Positions 12,421 to 26,035 of a DNA stretch of 64,000 nucleotides are shown piece after piece. Location: positions 1 through 64,000 of the forward strand of contig MCFE01000262.1 of NCBI GenBank assembly GCA_002104905.1. The letters run 5' to 3'. The position numbers and the translations under genes were made by a program. Position 1 is the stretch's first letter. Each line of letters begins with the position of its first letter. Source of the DNA: Basidiobolus meristosporus CBS 931.73 (lineage: Eukaryota > Fungi > Basidiobolomycota). The notes below the pieces were generated by a model, which saw only the letters and a program-made list of their open reading frames with translations, did no database searches and was not told where the DNA came from.

Positions 12421-13505
12421 TAATCTGTGATACATGTGTTGGCTACTATGTTTTCTGCATGATACAATATTATTGGGTGGATTGCTTGTCAGGGTCTGGA
12501 GCATTTGTTCTTCTAAGTTGAAAGTTCTTGATCTTTCACTTTTGCGCTAAAATAGCAAAAAGCAAAATAAATGAATGAGTGCATCATTGGTTTTGAGATG
12601 TTCAGTAGAGGAATACTTTCCATTACCACAGGTTTCCCCTAACTCTGAGAAATAATGCTCTCATTATTACTTCTGTCATGGAACTTCCCCAATTTGTTAC
12701 CACATTGTGCAAGTGTAAGTAGTGTACTGTCAAGTTCTGCTAGCTTATGGGATCAATATTTGTTTGCATGTATGACCTTATAGGGACCTTGCCATCACAT
12801 ATCCATTTTGGATGCCTTTTTTCTTTGGCACTTGGTATTGTGAAGTAGTATCAGTTCACCCACTTCAAGAGAAGTTTTTCCAGGGCATTTTGACCGTCAA
12901 AGTATTACTTGCTGGCTATTCTGGATTTCTTCAGGTTTTCTGTTGCATTCTTTTGCAGAGTGTGAGCTTGTTGAATCTGTTGTATTCTTGCTAGTAATAG
13001 CTCTGATGTTGTCACAGTTTGCTTCCTTGGGAGGATAAACCAATTTTTGAAAGATATGTCAATTGGCAAAGCAGCCTCATGTCCATATATTAGAAAAAAT
13101 AGAGTATACTCTGTACTTCTTACTGTAGCTCTATCCGCCCAAATTGCTGCATGAAAGTTATTTGTCCACTTGTTGGGATCTTCATAGCTTAGTCTTTCTA
13201 ATGTATTTACAGAAGCAGAATGTCCACATTCAACTGGTGAATTTGCTTGCAGGTGATATGTCATTGAATGGAAAAGCGTTGCTCTATACTTCATTGCTAG
13301 TGCTTGTATTTCATAAGATCCACATTCTTCATTTTCTGCAATTATGGTACCAACTGTACCATGTCTGAGATACACATCTTCTCTAGGAAATCTTGCCACT
13401 GATTTTGCATTGGCTTGTGTCAGCATTCTAGCCTCTGTCAAACCAGCAGAATTATCACAACAGTCTGATACATACTTACACCCTGCAGTTGCCCTTGGTA
13501 AACAT

Positions 13506-14204
13506 TGTTGTATTCAAGAGAAAAGTTTAATAAAACTCTTGAATGAATTAACTGAACTTAAGTGATAACTAAGCGCAGAATCTTAGAATTGCCAGGGGTG
13601 ACAGAAATATTAGCAGAGAAGTTCTGGTCTAATATTGGTTTTGTATATAATTGAGTTGGGCTACAAAGTCAACAGAGTTGGTTTGCTATACAGGCTAGGC
13701 TTGGTGTTCTTAGGAATGCTAGATATGCAGGGCTTGGGTGAAAACTAGAATGGAACTGTTGAACTCTTAATTTTGCTGAGGCACAATCTTAATCTTGTTG
13801 AGACACACACTAAGCCAAAAGGTTCAGTACTCTTTATTTATATTTTTCTGATCAAGTTAAATTAGTAAGCACCAAGAGACTGGACAAATTGAAATCTGTT
13901 TGTGTGTTGATAGGTGCATAAGATAAGTGAAAAATTGCATCATTAATCAGCTGATGTCTTGGCAACTACTAAGTGATTGGATAGATCTAAGATGACTAAT
14001 TGTTTGTAAAGGCTTAGCAGATTAGTTCAGGATGTATTGACCACTTGAAAATGGATCAGGTATGACAGCTAAAAATAGAATCTGAGCAGTGATAAAATAA
14101 ACCATAATAGGGTTTAGTTATATTTGGGTTAGGGAAAATTAGTTAGGGTACTAAATTTTTTAACGGAGTGAAATTGGCAAAGCCTTAAATGTTAATGCAC
14201 AACA
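13506..14204 (-). mobile_element. Solo LTR, family LTR-5 (699 bp)
   Basis: TGTTG..CAACA; near-TSD AACAT/AATAT; reverse-complement homolog of 43285-43981. Orientation is given relative to that copy. Confidence 0.85.
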
Positions 14205-16167
14205 AATATATAATATCTACATTTTCAATTTGCCAAGAATAAGATATGTATATATTGTGAAGTGGTTCATGCATCTTCTGGTTGTCTTTTCTTTGATATG
14301 GAATACATGATTTCACATATCCTTTTGTGTTGGTGTATAGCATTGGCCAAAAATACTGTAAAGAGATTTTTGCATATGTTGATGTAATTCCCTTATGACC
14401 CCCTGATTCAGATTCAAGCAATTCTTGAATGATCTTCTCTTGATCATGCTTGTCATATACATACTGTTGAGGAACTCCATATTTGCTTTTTCTGAAAAGT
14501 GTGCCATCATGCAGTACACACTTCAAAGCCTTCTTGTTAAATTTGTGCATTGATATATGGGAATCTGAACATGAACTCTGAATGATATAAGAAGTTCCTT
14601 GATATGTTGATAATTTCTTTGTTTCATATATCTGTATGAGAATCCAAGACTTGTGTTTTCAGCAAACTCATCAATCTTGTCATCATTTGAGTACAGTGAA
14701 TTTGGTTGCTTTCTAGATAAAGTATCAGGTCCTTTGTGATTGGCTCCTGGTATTTGTTGCAGTGTAAAGTCAAGATCTGAATGTATGATATTCACCATGC
14801 TAGAATAGGATCAGGCACAAGCTCCAACTCATTAAACATTCTTAAAAATAATCTGGCATGAACTTCCAGTATGAAGTGTACTCCTGATAGGTACGGCTTT
14901 AGCTTTTTGAGTACATAGAGTTCTCCCCATGCTTCTTTCTTGACTGATGTAAAGTTAGAAATATTTCCTTTGAATACTCTACTAAGATATTTGCAAGGTT
15001 ATCAATGTTGATCTTTTGAAATTTGAATCATGATTCCACCAACCCCAATCACAGAGCTATCAACTGATACTATGATTGATTGTAAATCAATAACACAGTT
15101 GTCAATAGCTGCTAGGACAGGTGGCTTTGATAATGACTCAAGTAATGTCAATATAGCATTTGCCTGTTCTTCATGCCACTCATATTTCTGGTTTTTCTGT
15201 AATAGTTGAGTCAGTGGCTTAGCAATTTGAATATAGTTCTTGATCCAGATTTTAAATAGACCAGTAAGTCCTAATAGTTGTCTGACTTAATGAATGTTGG
15301 CTGGTGTCTTCCAACTTAGTGCCAATGAAAGTTTTGCTGGGTCAGGCAATCTCCCATTTTCAGAAACAAGATCACCTAGAGTGATTGCTTTATCATAGCC
15401 ACACTTGCACTTGGCTCCCATTACAGTCAGATCAGAAGCTTGAAGTTTCTTCATGACCCTTTCAACAGTGTAAATGTGATCATAAATATATCTTCTGATT
15501 TGAGGTAAGACATGTGACATATCTTCTTCTCTAGGCTTCTTCTTAACTGCAATGTCATGAAAAAGTGGTGACATATTTCTGGGAAACAGTCATCAAAAAC
15601 CCATATCATTGCATGTTGATAATTTTCCACAGAGTTAGTCCATCTTTGAGGAGTTCTTGTCATCCTTATGAGTCCTGTTGGTATATCAATAGTGGAGAAA
15701 TATCTTGGGTCAGGATCCACAAGTATTTGGTAATTTCCTGAATAAAGATCCAATGTTGTAGTCAGAGGATATCCAGCATATGACTCAATATACTCATGTT
15801 GTAGGGGTGGTTGAATAGCATCTTTGATGGTGATCTTATTCAAATGCTCTACACCTTGAATAAACTGTAGACTTCCTTTTTTTTTCAATAATGTAAACCA
15901 AGGATTACAATAAGTTCCATAGCTATATTCAATAACTCCACTTTGAAATCTTGATAGTAGCATCTTGATTTCTTTGCTGAGTAATCTTGAGGGAGTAGAA
16001 AATGATCTCAGGGCCTATGGTGTATATGCAGCAGAATGGATCTTAACTGGTGGAAATAGCTCTGTGGATTAACATCCTGTTTGCTCATCATTAAATGCAA
16101 GGACATTGTCATAGCATTGTAGCATAGTCAAAAAGATACTTTTCTCCTAAGTGTTAAGAGTAGCCCC

Positions 16168-19100
16168 TGCTGCAATTTAAGAAGTGATTTGGATATAAGG
16201 AACTTATCAAGAAATAGTGATAGTAGTTGAACTATTGTTTATTCATAAAGAAGCTTAGTATTTATACCTTTGTAGAAGTAATACAGCTGCAACACTAAGT
16301 AGGGAGGGTCTCTCAATATTCAGGAGCATTCTGTAGCAGTTTCAGGGTTAGTACATATTGTTTGGTAATAGTGCTAATTTGATCCTGACTATAGAGAATA
16401 ATCATAAGATCATATATCTGGAGAAAATGGCAAAGTTAAGGCAGTAAATGAGTCCCACAGTGACTAAGACTAGTCAGGAATTGTTAAGTAAATTTTATCT
16501 GCTGAATGATACCAAATAGTCCAATATTTCAACACTCCCCCTCAACTAAATAATTTCTTAGTCACAATTTCTCTCTAAGGATCTCAAACTGTGGCCTAGC
16601 TATTGGTTTTGTCAATATGTCTGCCACCATTTTGTCAGTTGGGAAGTAAACCTGCTCCACTAAGTTATTTTCTACAGCTTCCCTCACAAAGTGATGCTGT
16701 ATATCAATGTGCTTAGTTCTGGCATGATTAGTAGGATTTCTAGCTAATGAAATACAACTTTGATTATCCTTGTAAATACATGTTGGTTCACCTGAATTCA
16801 AACCTAAGTCTCTGAATAATTTTTGTGGCCATATAGCCTCCTTAGTTGCTTGACATGCAGCCATATATTTGGCTTCAGTTGTAGATAGTGCCACAGTTGG
16901 TTGTTTCTTGCAATTCCAAGTATTAGCTGCACCAGCATAAACAAATACATAGCCTGTGGTAGAGTGTCTGTCAATCAGATCCCTACCCCAATCTGAATCA
17001 CTATAACCATCAAGTTTTTGCCTATTAGCTGCTCCAGAGTATTCCAGTACCATATTTATGGTACCTTGTAGATATCTGAAAATCCACTTAACTGCTGCAA
17101 TTTGAACTGATCCATAATTCTGCATGAATTGACTGACTATTCCAACTGCTACTGCAATATCTGGACATGTAGACACCATCAAGTACATTAGGCTACCAAC
17201 CATTGATTGATAGGGAAAGTTTTGGTCCATATTTGAGCCCTTTTCCTCTCTAACTGGCTGAGATTTGCTTAATTTCAGGTTATTGTCCATAGGGGTTGCT
17301 GCAGGTTTGCAATTTCCCATTTTGAAGCTTCTAAGAGTGTCCCTGATGTACCTAGACTGATTCAGCACAATTTTTTGCGTATGTATGTCAAATTTGACCT
17401 CAATTCCAAGAAAATAGCTCAATTTTCCAAGATCTTTCATCTCAAACTTGCTGAAGAGATCTGATTTCATCTGTTTAAGTGCCTCTTGATCACTTGTAGC
17501 TATAATTAGGTCGTTCACATAAAGAACTAGGATGATCACACCCTTTTTGAGCTGTTTCACATGTATACTGTGATCTGCAGTTCTACAAGAAACCCAATTT
17601 CCTCTAAATATGTGTCAATCTTGTTATACCATGCTCTGGGTGCCTGCTTAAGCCCATACAACAATTTTCTCAGTTTGCACACCTTGTAGGGGCCTTTTGG
17701 ATCAGTAAAACCTTCTGGTTGCTCCATATATATAGTTTCTTGCAAATCCCCATTTAGAAAGGCTGTTTTGACGTCTATTTGGTGTAGATCTAGACTGTGT
17801 ACAGCTGCCAGGGCTAGAACTGTCCTAATGATGTTAAGCTTGGCAACCGGAGCAAATTTTTCCTTAAAATCTAGTCCATGGATCTGGGAATAGCCTTTAG
17901 CTACCAATCTAGCCTTGTACTTATCAACGGCGCCATTTGAGGTTATCTTGATCTTGTAGACCCATCTATATCCTATTGGCTTTCTCCCATTTGATAAATC
18001 TACCAGTTCCCATGTTTTTGCCTTGATCAGTGATTGGTACTCCTCCTGCATGGCTTGTTGCCACTTAGTAGCATCTGGACCTTGCATTGCCTGTTCCAGA
18101 TTCTGAGGTTTGGCACATAAGGCAAGATAAGCTTCTTCATGATCATTGGATGTCTGCTACCAGGATCCAGGGGCATTTCTTATTCTGGCAGATCTCCTAA
18201 CTGGGATAATTTGTTCTGATCTGGAACTGGTAGAAGTATCATCCATCTCAGGCTAGATTTGGTACATATCTTCTTGATTTCTGTTGATTGCATCATCAGG
18301 CAGCTGGCCAATGATATCTGTGGCTTTCTGATCTGAATTCTCCTCAAATTCAACACCCCTGCTCTTGATCAGCTTCTGAATTTTGCCATCATACACTCTA
18401 TGCCCTTAAGTATCTTCACAATACCCAAGAAAGATCCCTTTCCTACTCTTTGGTTCCAACTTTGAGCATATTTGTCAGGGATGTGATAAAAAACAATACT
18501 GCCAAAGATCCTGAGGTGCTGGAGATCTGGTTTTTTGCCTGTATATGCTTCAAAAGGTGTAGAATCACGTAGTGCTGTTGTGGGCATCTGTTCTTGATGT
18601 ATACAGCGGCAGCATCAGATTCAGCCCAAAACTTGTAGTCCATTCCCTTATCATGTAGCATAGATCTTCCCATCTCTACTATTGTTCTATTTGCATGTTC
18701 TGCTACTCCATTTTGCTGTGGAGTATGAGGAACTGTGGTCTGTTGAAGTATACCAGTAGACAAGCAGTATTTTGCAGACTCCTTTGAGCAGTATTCTCCT
18801 CCATTATCACTTTGTGGTACCTTCAACTTACACCCGGTTTGTGTTTCTGCCATGTTCTTAAAGTGCTTAAACGTCTCTAAAGCTTCATTTGTTGTTTTGA
18901 GGAAGTACACCCATGTATATCTTGTTTTGTCATCAATAAACGTCATAAAATATCTCTTGGCTCCAAAGGACAGTGTTCTCATGGGGCCACATATGTCTGA
19001 GTGTACAATAGCCAATATTTCGGTGGTATTGACGTCTTCTGAGCTCTTGAAATGTTGCCTAGCTTGTTTGCCATATGAACATCCCCTACAAACATTCAAT

Positions 19101-20846
19101 ATAATCAGAATTGAGTATTTTAGGCCCAAAACAAGCTGATTTTTCACCAATTGGCTCATTTTCTCTTCCCCTATGTGTCCTAGCCTCCTATGCCATGTCT
19201 CCCAGTTGGTTTCATCAGTTTCAGCAATGTTGATATACTCAGGTATAATGATCTTGCATTGTAACTTGTATATATTGTGATCTCTGATTCCTGAAGCTAA
19301 TTTCTGTCCATTCTCACTGAATATTGAGCAGCTCAACTTGGTAGAAGCAAATATCAGTCCCTGAGTAGTTGCTTTACTGACTGAGAGTAGGTTCTTAGCT
19401 ATTCCAGGTACATAGAGACTTCAGTCAGTTTTGCTGTTGTTGCCCCTGAGTTATCACTCATATTTAGTTGTATACACCCACTGGCGGTAGCTTCCAATGC
19501 AGAGTTATCTCCCAGATAAACCTTTCTTACAGGAATAGTCTTTAAGTTGCTGAACCAATCCGTTATACCACAAATATGCTGTGATGCTCCAGAGTCAATA
19601 TACCATTCATTAGTTTGGTTACTTGTACTCTCTTGTACAGTTACAAATAACTGTTCATTAGTAGTTATATGGTTTGCCTGCTCTAGTTTCTGTTTTTTGT
19701 CTGCTTGTTCCTTCTTGCATTCTCCTGCCCAGTGTCCTGGCTTCTTACAGTAGTTACAGCAGCCAGGTTTTCTTTGGTTTTGTTGCTTTCCCTTCTTTTC
19801 CGTATGCCTTTCTGAACTGAATAAAGCATTATCTTCAATTTTCTCTGCTTGATCATTATGTCTGAGTTCTTCATGGAGAAGTCTTCCTTTGACATAGTCT
19901 AAAGTCAAGTTGTCTTCTCTGCTTTCAAAAGAAAGTATATGTGGCTCATACTTGTCTGGTAGGCTGCAAAGCAGACAGAGTATCTTTTCTTCATCATCTA
20001 CACCATCATTAACACTGTAAAGTTCTTCTGCAAGTGTCTCCATTCTGGTAATGAGTTGCAGCATGTCATTATCTGGCTTCTTCCTCATGTTGAAGAACTT
20101 TTGTTTCAAATAAAGCTTGCTTGATACTGACTTTGCTTTAAAGATCTTCTCTAAGGATTCCCATGCTGCCTTGGCAGTATTTGAGGCATGGATTTGTCCA
20201 ATGAAGGAGTCTTGCACATTGATGCATATGGCATTGAAGGCCTTTCTCTCCTTCTCTTGAAACTTCTCCACATCTTCTGTTGTTCCTTTGGGCTCAACTT
20301 CCTTTCCTCTTACTATGTTGCAAAGCTTTCTTTCCTCAAGGTGGATCTGCATCTTGATTCTCCAAAGTCTGTAGTTCTTCCCATCAAACCTCTCCTTTAC
20401 AGGGAAGATGTTGGTATTGCTTTGTTTGCTGGTAGAAGTCATCTTTAGAATAGATTAAGGCAATCTGGGCTCATAACCTGTTGCAATTCAAGAAGTGATT
20501 TGGATATAAGGAACTTATCAAGAAATGGAGATAATAGTTGAACTATTGTTTATTCATAAAGAAGCTCAATATTTTTAGCTTTGTAGAAGTAATACAGCTG
20601 CAACACTAAGTAGGGAGGGTTTCTCAATATTCAGGAGCATTCTGTAACAGTTTCAGGGTTAGTACATAATGTTTGGTAATAGTGCTATTTTGATCCTGAC
20701 TATAGGGAATAATCAGAAGATCATGTATCTGAAGAAAATGGCGAAGTTAAGGCAGTAAATGAGTCCTACATTAACTAAGACTAGTCTAGAATTGTTAAGT
20801 AAATTTTTAGCTGCTGAATGATACCAAATAGTCCAATATTTCAACA
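16168..20846 (-). mobile_element. Full-length Ty1/copia retrotransposon (Copia-1)
   Basis: LTRs 16168-16534 and 20479-20846 (~25 differences). TSD GCCCC at 16163-16167 and 20847-20851. PBS GGTTATGAGCCCAG, PPT TTAGTTGAGGGGGAG. gag-PR 19399-20442 (CNYCKKPGHWAGEC, WYIDSGAS), IN 18443-19336, RT 17557-18087, RT/RH 16562-17560. Confidence 0.97.
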
Positions 20847-20883
20847 GCCCCAATAGCTAGCTCCTGGAGCTTCTCTTCAGTGA

Positions 20884-23800
20884 GACATCCCTAAGACAGC
20901 ATTCAGAACCAGATATAGACATTACAAGTACTTGGTCATGAATTTTGGCCTCACCAATGCCCCTGAAACATTCATGACCCTGATGCAGACTGTCTTCCAA
21001 GAGTACTTAGACAGGTTTGTGATAATCTACCTATATGACATATTGATATACAGCAAGAGACAAGAGGATGTGAAATAATTAGGAGTCCACCTAATTATTA
21101 ATATGTTACAAACTAGCACTAAGAGAAATGATATATTTCAGATTATCAACATGGAAATTAGTTTGTAAGATATTTCCCAATTATTAGGAATTAGAGAAGT
21201 ACAGAATTTTAGGAAAATCTGAAACTTGTCCAAATGAGCTGAAACTTGGCACATGTACTCCTGAGACTCCCCTAATAATGACCAAATAGTCACATTTACG
21301 TAGTTCTGCAATTAGTACAAATACTCTGTTGCAACTCAATAAAATATCAAGTGGATAGCATGTAAATCTTCTAATTCTCCAATTCACTTCCAATATATCT
21401 CTCTAATATTTCAGCATTCTCTCCCCAGAGTGCTTTGTCACTTTGAGACTCCCCTAATAATGACCAAATAGTCACATTTACGTAGTTCTGCAATTAGTAC
21501 AAATACTCTGTTGCAACTCAATAAAACATCAAGTGAATAGCATATAAATCTTCTAATTCTCCAATTCACTTCCAGTATATCTCTATAATATTTCAACAGG
21601 TGATCAATTGGTGCACATTGAGAAGGTTTTGAAGAAGCCAAGAGAGAACAAGCTTTACGGCAAGCTAGCCAAGTATGAATTCTTCAAGGAACAGATGAAA
21701 TATCAGGGACACATAGTGACTTGCACAGGAGTAACCTTAGACCCTAAGGAGATTAAGGGTATCAAGAATCTGAAGCAGCCACATAGCATATCAGAGCTCA
21801 GATCATTCATTGGAATGATATACTATTACTGGAGATTTGTTAAGTCCTTTGCAAATATTACAGCCCCATTAACTGATATCCTCAAAAAAGTGAAGACATA
21901 CAAGTGGGACATAGCTTGTGCTACTACCTTCCAGATGCTCAAGAATGAACTTGCTAAGCTGCCAAGCTTAAGAATGCCTGACTTCCAAAAAGAGTTTACT
22001 CTGCGCATAGATGCTTCAGATTATGCAATTGGTGGATTGTTGAGCCAAGAACACAAGGGAAAGGACTACCCAATTGCCTTTGAATCCAGGAAACTGAACA
22101 CAGCTGAACAAAACTATCTGGTGCATGAGAAGGCAATGCTTGATATAATACACTATTTGAAGACATGGAGATACTATGCTTAAGGAGTCAAATGCACGGT
22201 GAAGACTGATCATGCCTCACTCAAGTGTATATTTACTCAGAAGGTACTCTCTTGAAGAATAACAAGATGGAGTGAGTACATTCCGCAGTTTGATTTGGAG
22301 ATTGTCCACTGCCCTGGGAAAAACAACATGGTTGCTGATGCCTTATCAAGATAAGAAGTAGTTGCACAACTCAAATTGGTGCATGAATTAGATTGGCCTA
22401 GCCTACTATCAAAGTACTTGGAGGACCAATCAATCCCTAATGAGGTGGATGACAATATCAAAAAGATAATCCAGGATGAAGCTGACAAATTTGTAGTACA
22501 GGATGAAGCTCTCTACCAAATTTTTGATGGAGGCCCTATTGCCTATTGCCTGTATGTTGCTTGCATGAATCTAATACATAAGCTACACAATGGATATGAA
22601 CATCTTGGAATTAAAGGAACCTGTAGCCTTGTGAAAGCCAGAGCATGGAGGCCCAGAATGAAACATGACATTGAGAAGCTGGTGAAAACATGCCCAATCT
22701 GCCAAGTCAACAAAGGCCAACCACAGAGAATTACTGAACTCTTTTCCTTGGAGCCTGTAAGACCATTTGAAAGATGGGGAATTGACTTTATTGGAAGACT
22801 GCCAACTACCAGGAAATGCAACTGTTGGATCCTAGTAGCAATTTACCATGCCACAAAATGGCCAGTGGCTAAAGCAGTTCCTGTAGCCAGTAAACAAGAA
22901 GTTGCAAGTTTCATCTACCATGAGATCCATATGAAGTTTGGATGCCCGGTAGAGATTCTATCCAGTAGAGGAGCAAACTCTATGGCAAAGACATTGGAAG
23001 CTTACTTCAAAATGCAGCACTTCAGACACTTCCATACCTTGGCATATCACCCCAGAGCTAATGGAGTCACTGAACAGTTTAGTGGATTAATTGGGGAAAT
23101 ACTGGCCAAGTATGCAAATTGGGCTGTCAGTAGATGGGATGAGTATAAAGACCAAGCAACCTTTGCAGGCAGAGTTAGAGTACACAACACCACCCACCAA
23201 TCACCGCTTTACTTGGTGTATGTATATGATCCAGGGATTTCAGGAGATCTCACACAACCAAAGCCTACAGACACCTTAGATGATGAACTCAGTCAGCCAA
23301 GTAGACACCAGCAGCTGGAACAAAGACATCTAGAGGCACAGACCAAAGTATCTCAAAGTGCAGAAAAGATGAAGCAGAGATTAGATAAGACTATAGCACC
23401 AGAAGCATTGACAGTTGGGAACTTTGTATTGCTAAGCAGCAACACTTGGAAGAAGTTTGAGTCAAAATGGACAGGACAATTTAAGATCATCAGATAATGG
23501 CCATTTGCAACTTACCAGCTGGTTGACAAACAAGGCAATATGAGGAAGACTTAGTGCATAGGGACATACCCAAGCTTGCAAGGCTTGCTGATAATACTGA
23601 ACCATCAAGATATTGGTATCACAAGAAATGAGATTCAAGAGAACCCTTGCAACTTTAGTAGGGGAGACAGCTATGATCTGCCGCTTGAATATTTAAGTTA
23701 GATCAGTTTTTAGTCAAATAAATCAATTATATGTTTTGCTTATCAGTATATCAATATTATCTTTCAAATTGGTAGCATTAGTCAGCAGATGACTTAGCAG

Positions 23801-23930
23801 ATCCTTATCATACAGAGATAGATATATTAAGTAGGATCTTATTGGGTTATGATGATGCAATCAAATGAGTCAATGGCCACAGCCTGCATTAGAAAATATA
23901 ATTAGTCAGTAATTGATCTGGCAAAATATA
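20884..23930 (+). mobile_element. Gypsy-2 copy A, 5'-truncated (RT end, RH, IN, PPT, partial 3' LTR 23669-23930)
   Basis: Colinear with Gypsy-2 copy B (29060-31560). IDASDYAIGG; GIDFIGRLP; YHPRANG. Confidence 0.9.
21069..21598 (+). mobile_element. LTR-4 insertion of chimeric structure (full LTR, captured flank, 3' half LTR)
   Basis: 21069-21416 matches solo LTR 32130-32478; 21444-21598 repeats its 3' half. The host RT sequence resumes after 5 extra bases (degraded TSD GAGGA/GGTGA). Confidence 0.85.
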
Positions 23931-23934
23931 CAGA

Positions 23935-25140
23935 AAGATACAAGTAAATGGATGTCTTTTTATGGCACATTTATAATCTGCATTGGAGACACCCCAGTAG
24001 TTGGCAAGATCATGGCTTTTCTGGGCACAATGAGGAGTATTGCTGTACAATGTGTTAGATCCATGCAATTAACTACACAACTTACATACATTGTTATTAT
24101 TCTAATACAAACACTAAGAACATCATCCTCCTGCAGAGCAAACATACAGAAGTCAGCATGCATTTGCAGTACAGTTAGCAAGCTATAAGCTGTTGTCTGG
24201 AATATGGAATCAATTGGAAACTGCTGATACTACCAGTTGATGGAATCTGTTGCAGCAAAAGTTTTCCACCAGGAGCAATGCATTTGCTTGATAATTGTAA
24301 TCCTATAATATTGCCCAAGTTACAAAAAGGGCATTTCATGCTGAATGAGCCCTTTGAGATATGGGACAAACTTGAAAGAAATGGCAAGATATTACTGAGT
24401 ATTTGCTACCCCTAAGTACCACTCACTGGCTCCACTCAGCACTCAAATGGGCATGCAACAATCCATATGCAAGGACTGGATGAGCTGAATATGTATTTAT
24501 TCATGTGGTCTTCTGAAGCCAAGAGTACTTTGGAAGCTTTGGGAGTCATTTGTAGATATTGTAGGAATATTTATTTAGAAGCAGATTGCCAATGCCAACT
24601 TGACACATCTGCATCTTTTATGCAAGGAGCATGGGACAGGATTTGAGTGGCTATACTAAAAACATAAAGCCAAATATGTAGATCTCTGCTACTGTATTCA
24701 TTGTGTCCTCATCTTGCACAATGTGTGGAGAATATTGGTAATACAAAGTTGTGTAGGGTGCACCTAGCAACTAATTTCAATTAGGACAACCTTACCAAAG
24801 TATACCAGGTTTCTTGCATTCACAAGCCAGTCTTAACAGCGTTGAATATGAAGTTTGCATAAACAAGTGCCAGAGTGTACCTTTAAGAGGGTCTAGAATC
24901 CAACATGGAGAAGGAATACATTGGCCAAGTACCAAAAAGGTCTTTGCAGATATTCAAGAGGTATTCATGACAGAAGTGGCATCAACCAATTGTATGTTTG
25001 CAAGATGTATATATTACCACCAACATAAGATATATGGCAACTTTGCAAATATCATACTGAAAAGTTGTCAAGTTGATGTTATAGGAGTACATCAATTGTA
25101 GAACCTGTGCACACTTGTAGAGGGTAGTAAGCAGCAGGCC
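23935..25140 (+). pseudogene. CACTA-like transposase relic, copy C (internally deleted)
   Basis: IGDTPVVGKIMAFLGTMRS motif; 24770-25140 aligns with 2299-2690. Confidence 0.75.
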
Positions 25141-25199
25141 ATAGTTCTTCTTGATTCAATTTATATCCCTATGAAAAATAACTTAGTTCTATGGGTGGA

Positions 25200-25986
25200 T
25201 CCAATCTAGATCAGCTGTCAAGATCCTGTCAGGAATCTGTTCAGTACCAGGAGCTTGGAATTAATGGCCCTCCACACAATCTTATGATAGGATCACAATA
25301 GTGTTTGGCTAATTTTACTACCAAATACAGTAAAAAACATAATGGTGTTTGGGTGTTGTTTTGCCAAGGGTGCAATGGCATTGCTGAGGTCTTAGTGCAC
25401 TCCTGAACCATATGAGTGGATCTTGTAGGCCAGTACATCCAATAGTCTTATATGGCCAAAAAACATGAGAGAACTTTGATGGCCTCCTTGTAAGCCTCTG
25501 ATGGCATTATCATGGCAGTATGGCAGCCTACAGCTAGCTTTGTATAAGGTCACCATACCAATTTACCAAATAGTATTTTCTTTTTCCACCTCCCCTTGGG
25601 CAATTATATGTTCCACTGTAGAATCAGCCCTCATTATTTGCTTTCCTACTACTACCTTGGGTATATGGTATATAGTTCAAATCAAAAAAATATGGGCCCT
25701 AGCTTACTAACCTCCACAAATGTGCACACCTGCAACAATTAACATACTTCTATCATCTCAACTTTATGACACTTCTATGTAATACTTACAAGGCTGCAAT
25801 ATATATTGTGTTGCTGGTGAAATATACATCTTGCAAATATGGGCTTGGTTGCCACCACTTCTGCCATGATTACCTTGCCAGTATCTGCAAAGAACTTTTT
25901 GTTATTTACCCTATATATTTCTTCTACCTGCAGGATTCTAGTCCCTCTTATAGGTGCACTCCAGCTCTTGTTTATGTGAGTTCTGT
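25200..25986 (-). repeat. CACTA-like relic, copy D (3' part, inverted)
   Basis: Reverse-complement alignment to 2440-2890 and 3040-3200. Confidence 0.7.
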
Positions 25987-26035
25987 ACTACACTTGCTCT
26001 GTTGGCTAGTGCCACATAGTGCCAGATTGATCTGG

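Larger units (their letters stand above)
12420..20880 (-). mobile_element. Old Ty3/gypsy relic (Gypsy-3); pieces 12420-13505, 14205-16167, 20852-20880
   Basis: RT fragment GVIEYSYGTYCNPWFTLLKKKGSL; integrase fragments (HEPLHNI, YHLQANSPVE, WQGPYKV). The reading frame is continuous across the Copia-1 TSD. Possible PPT/LTR edge at ~12630. Confidence 0.8.
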
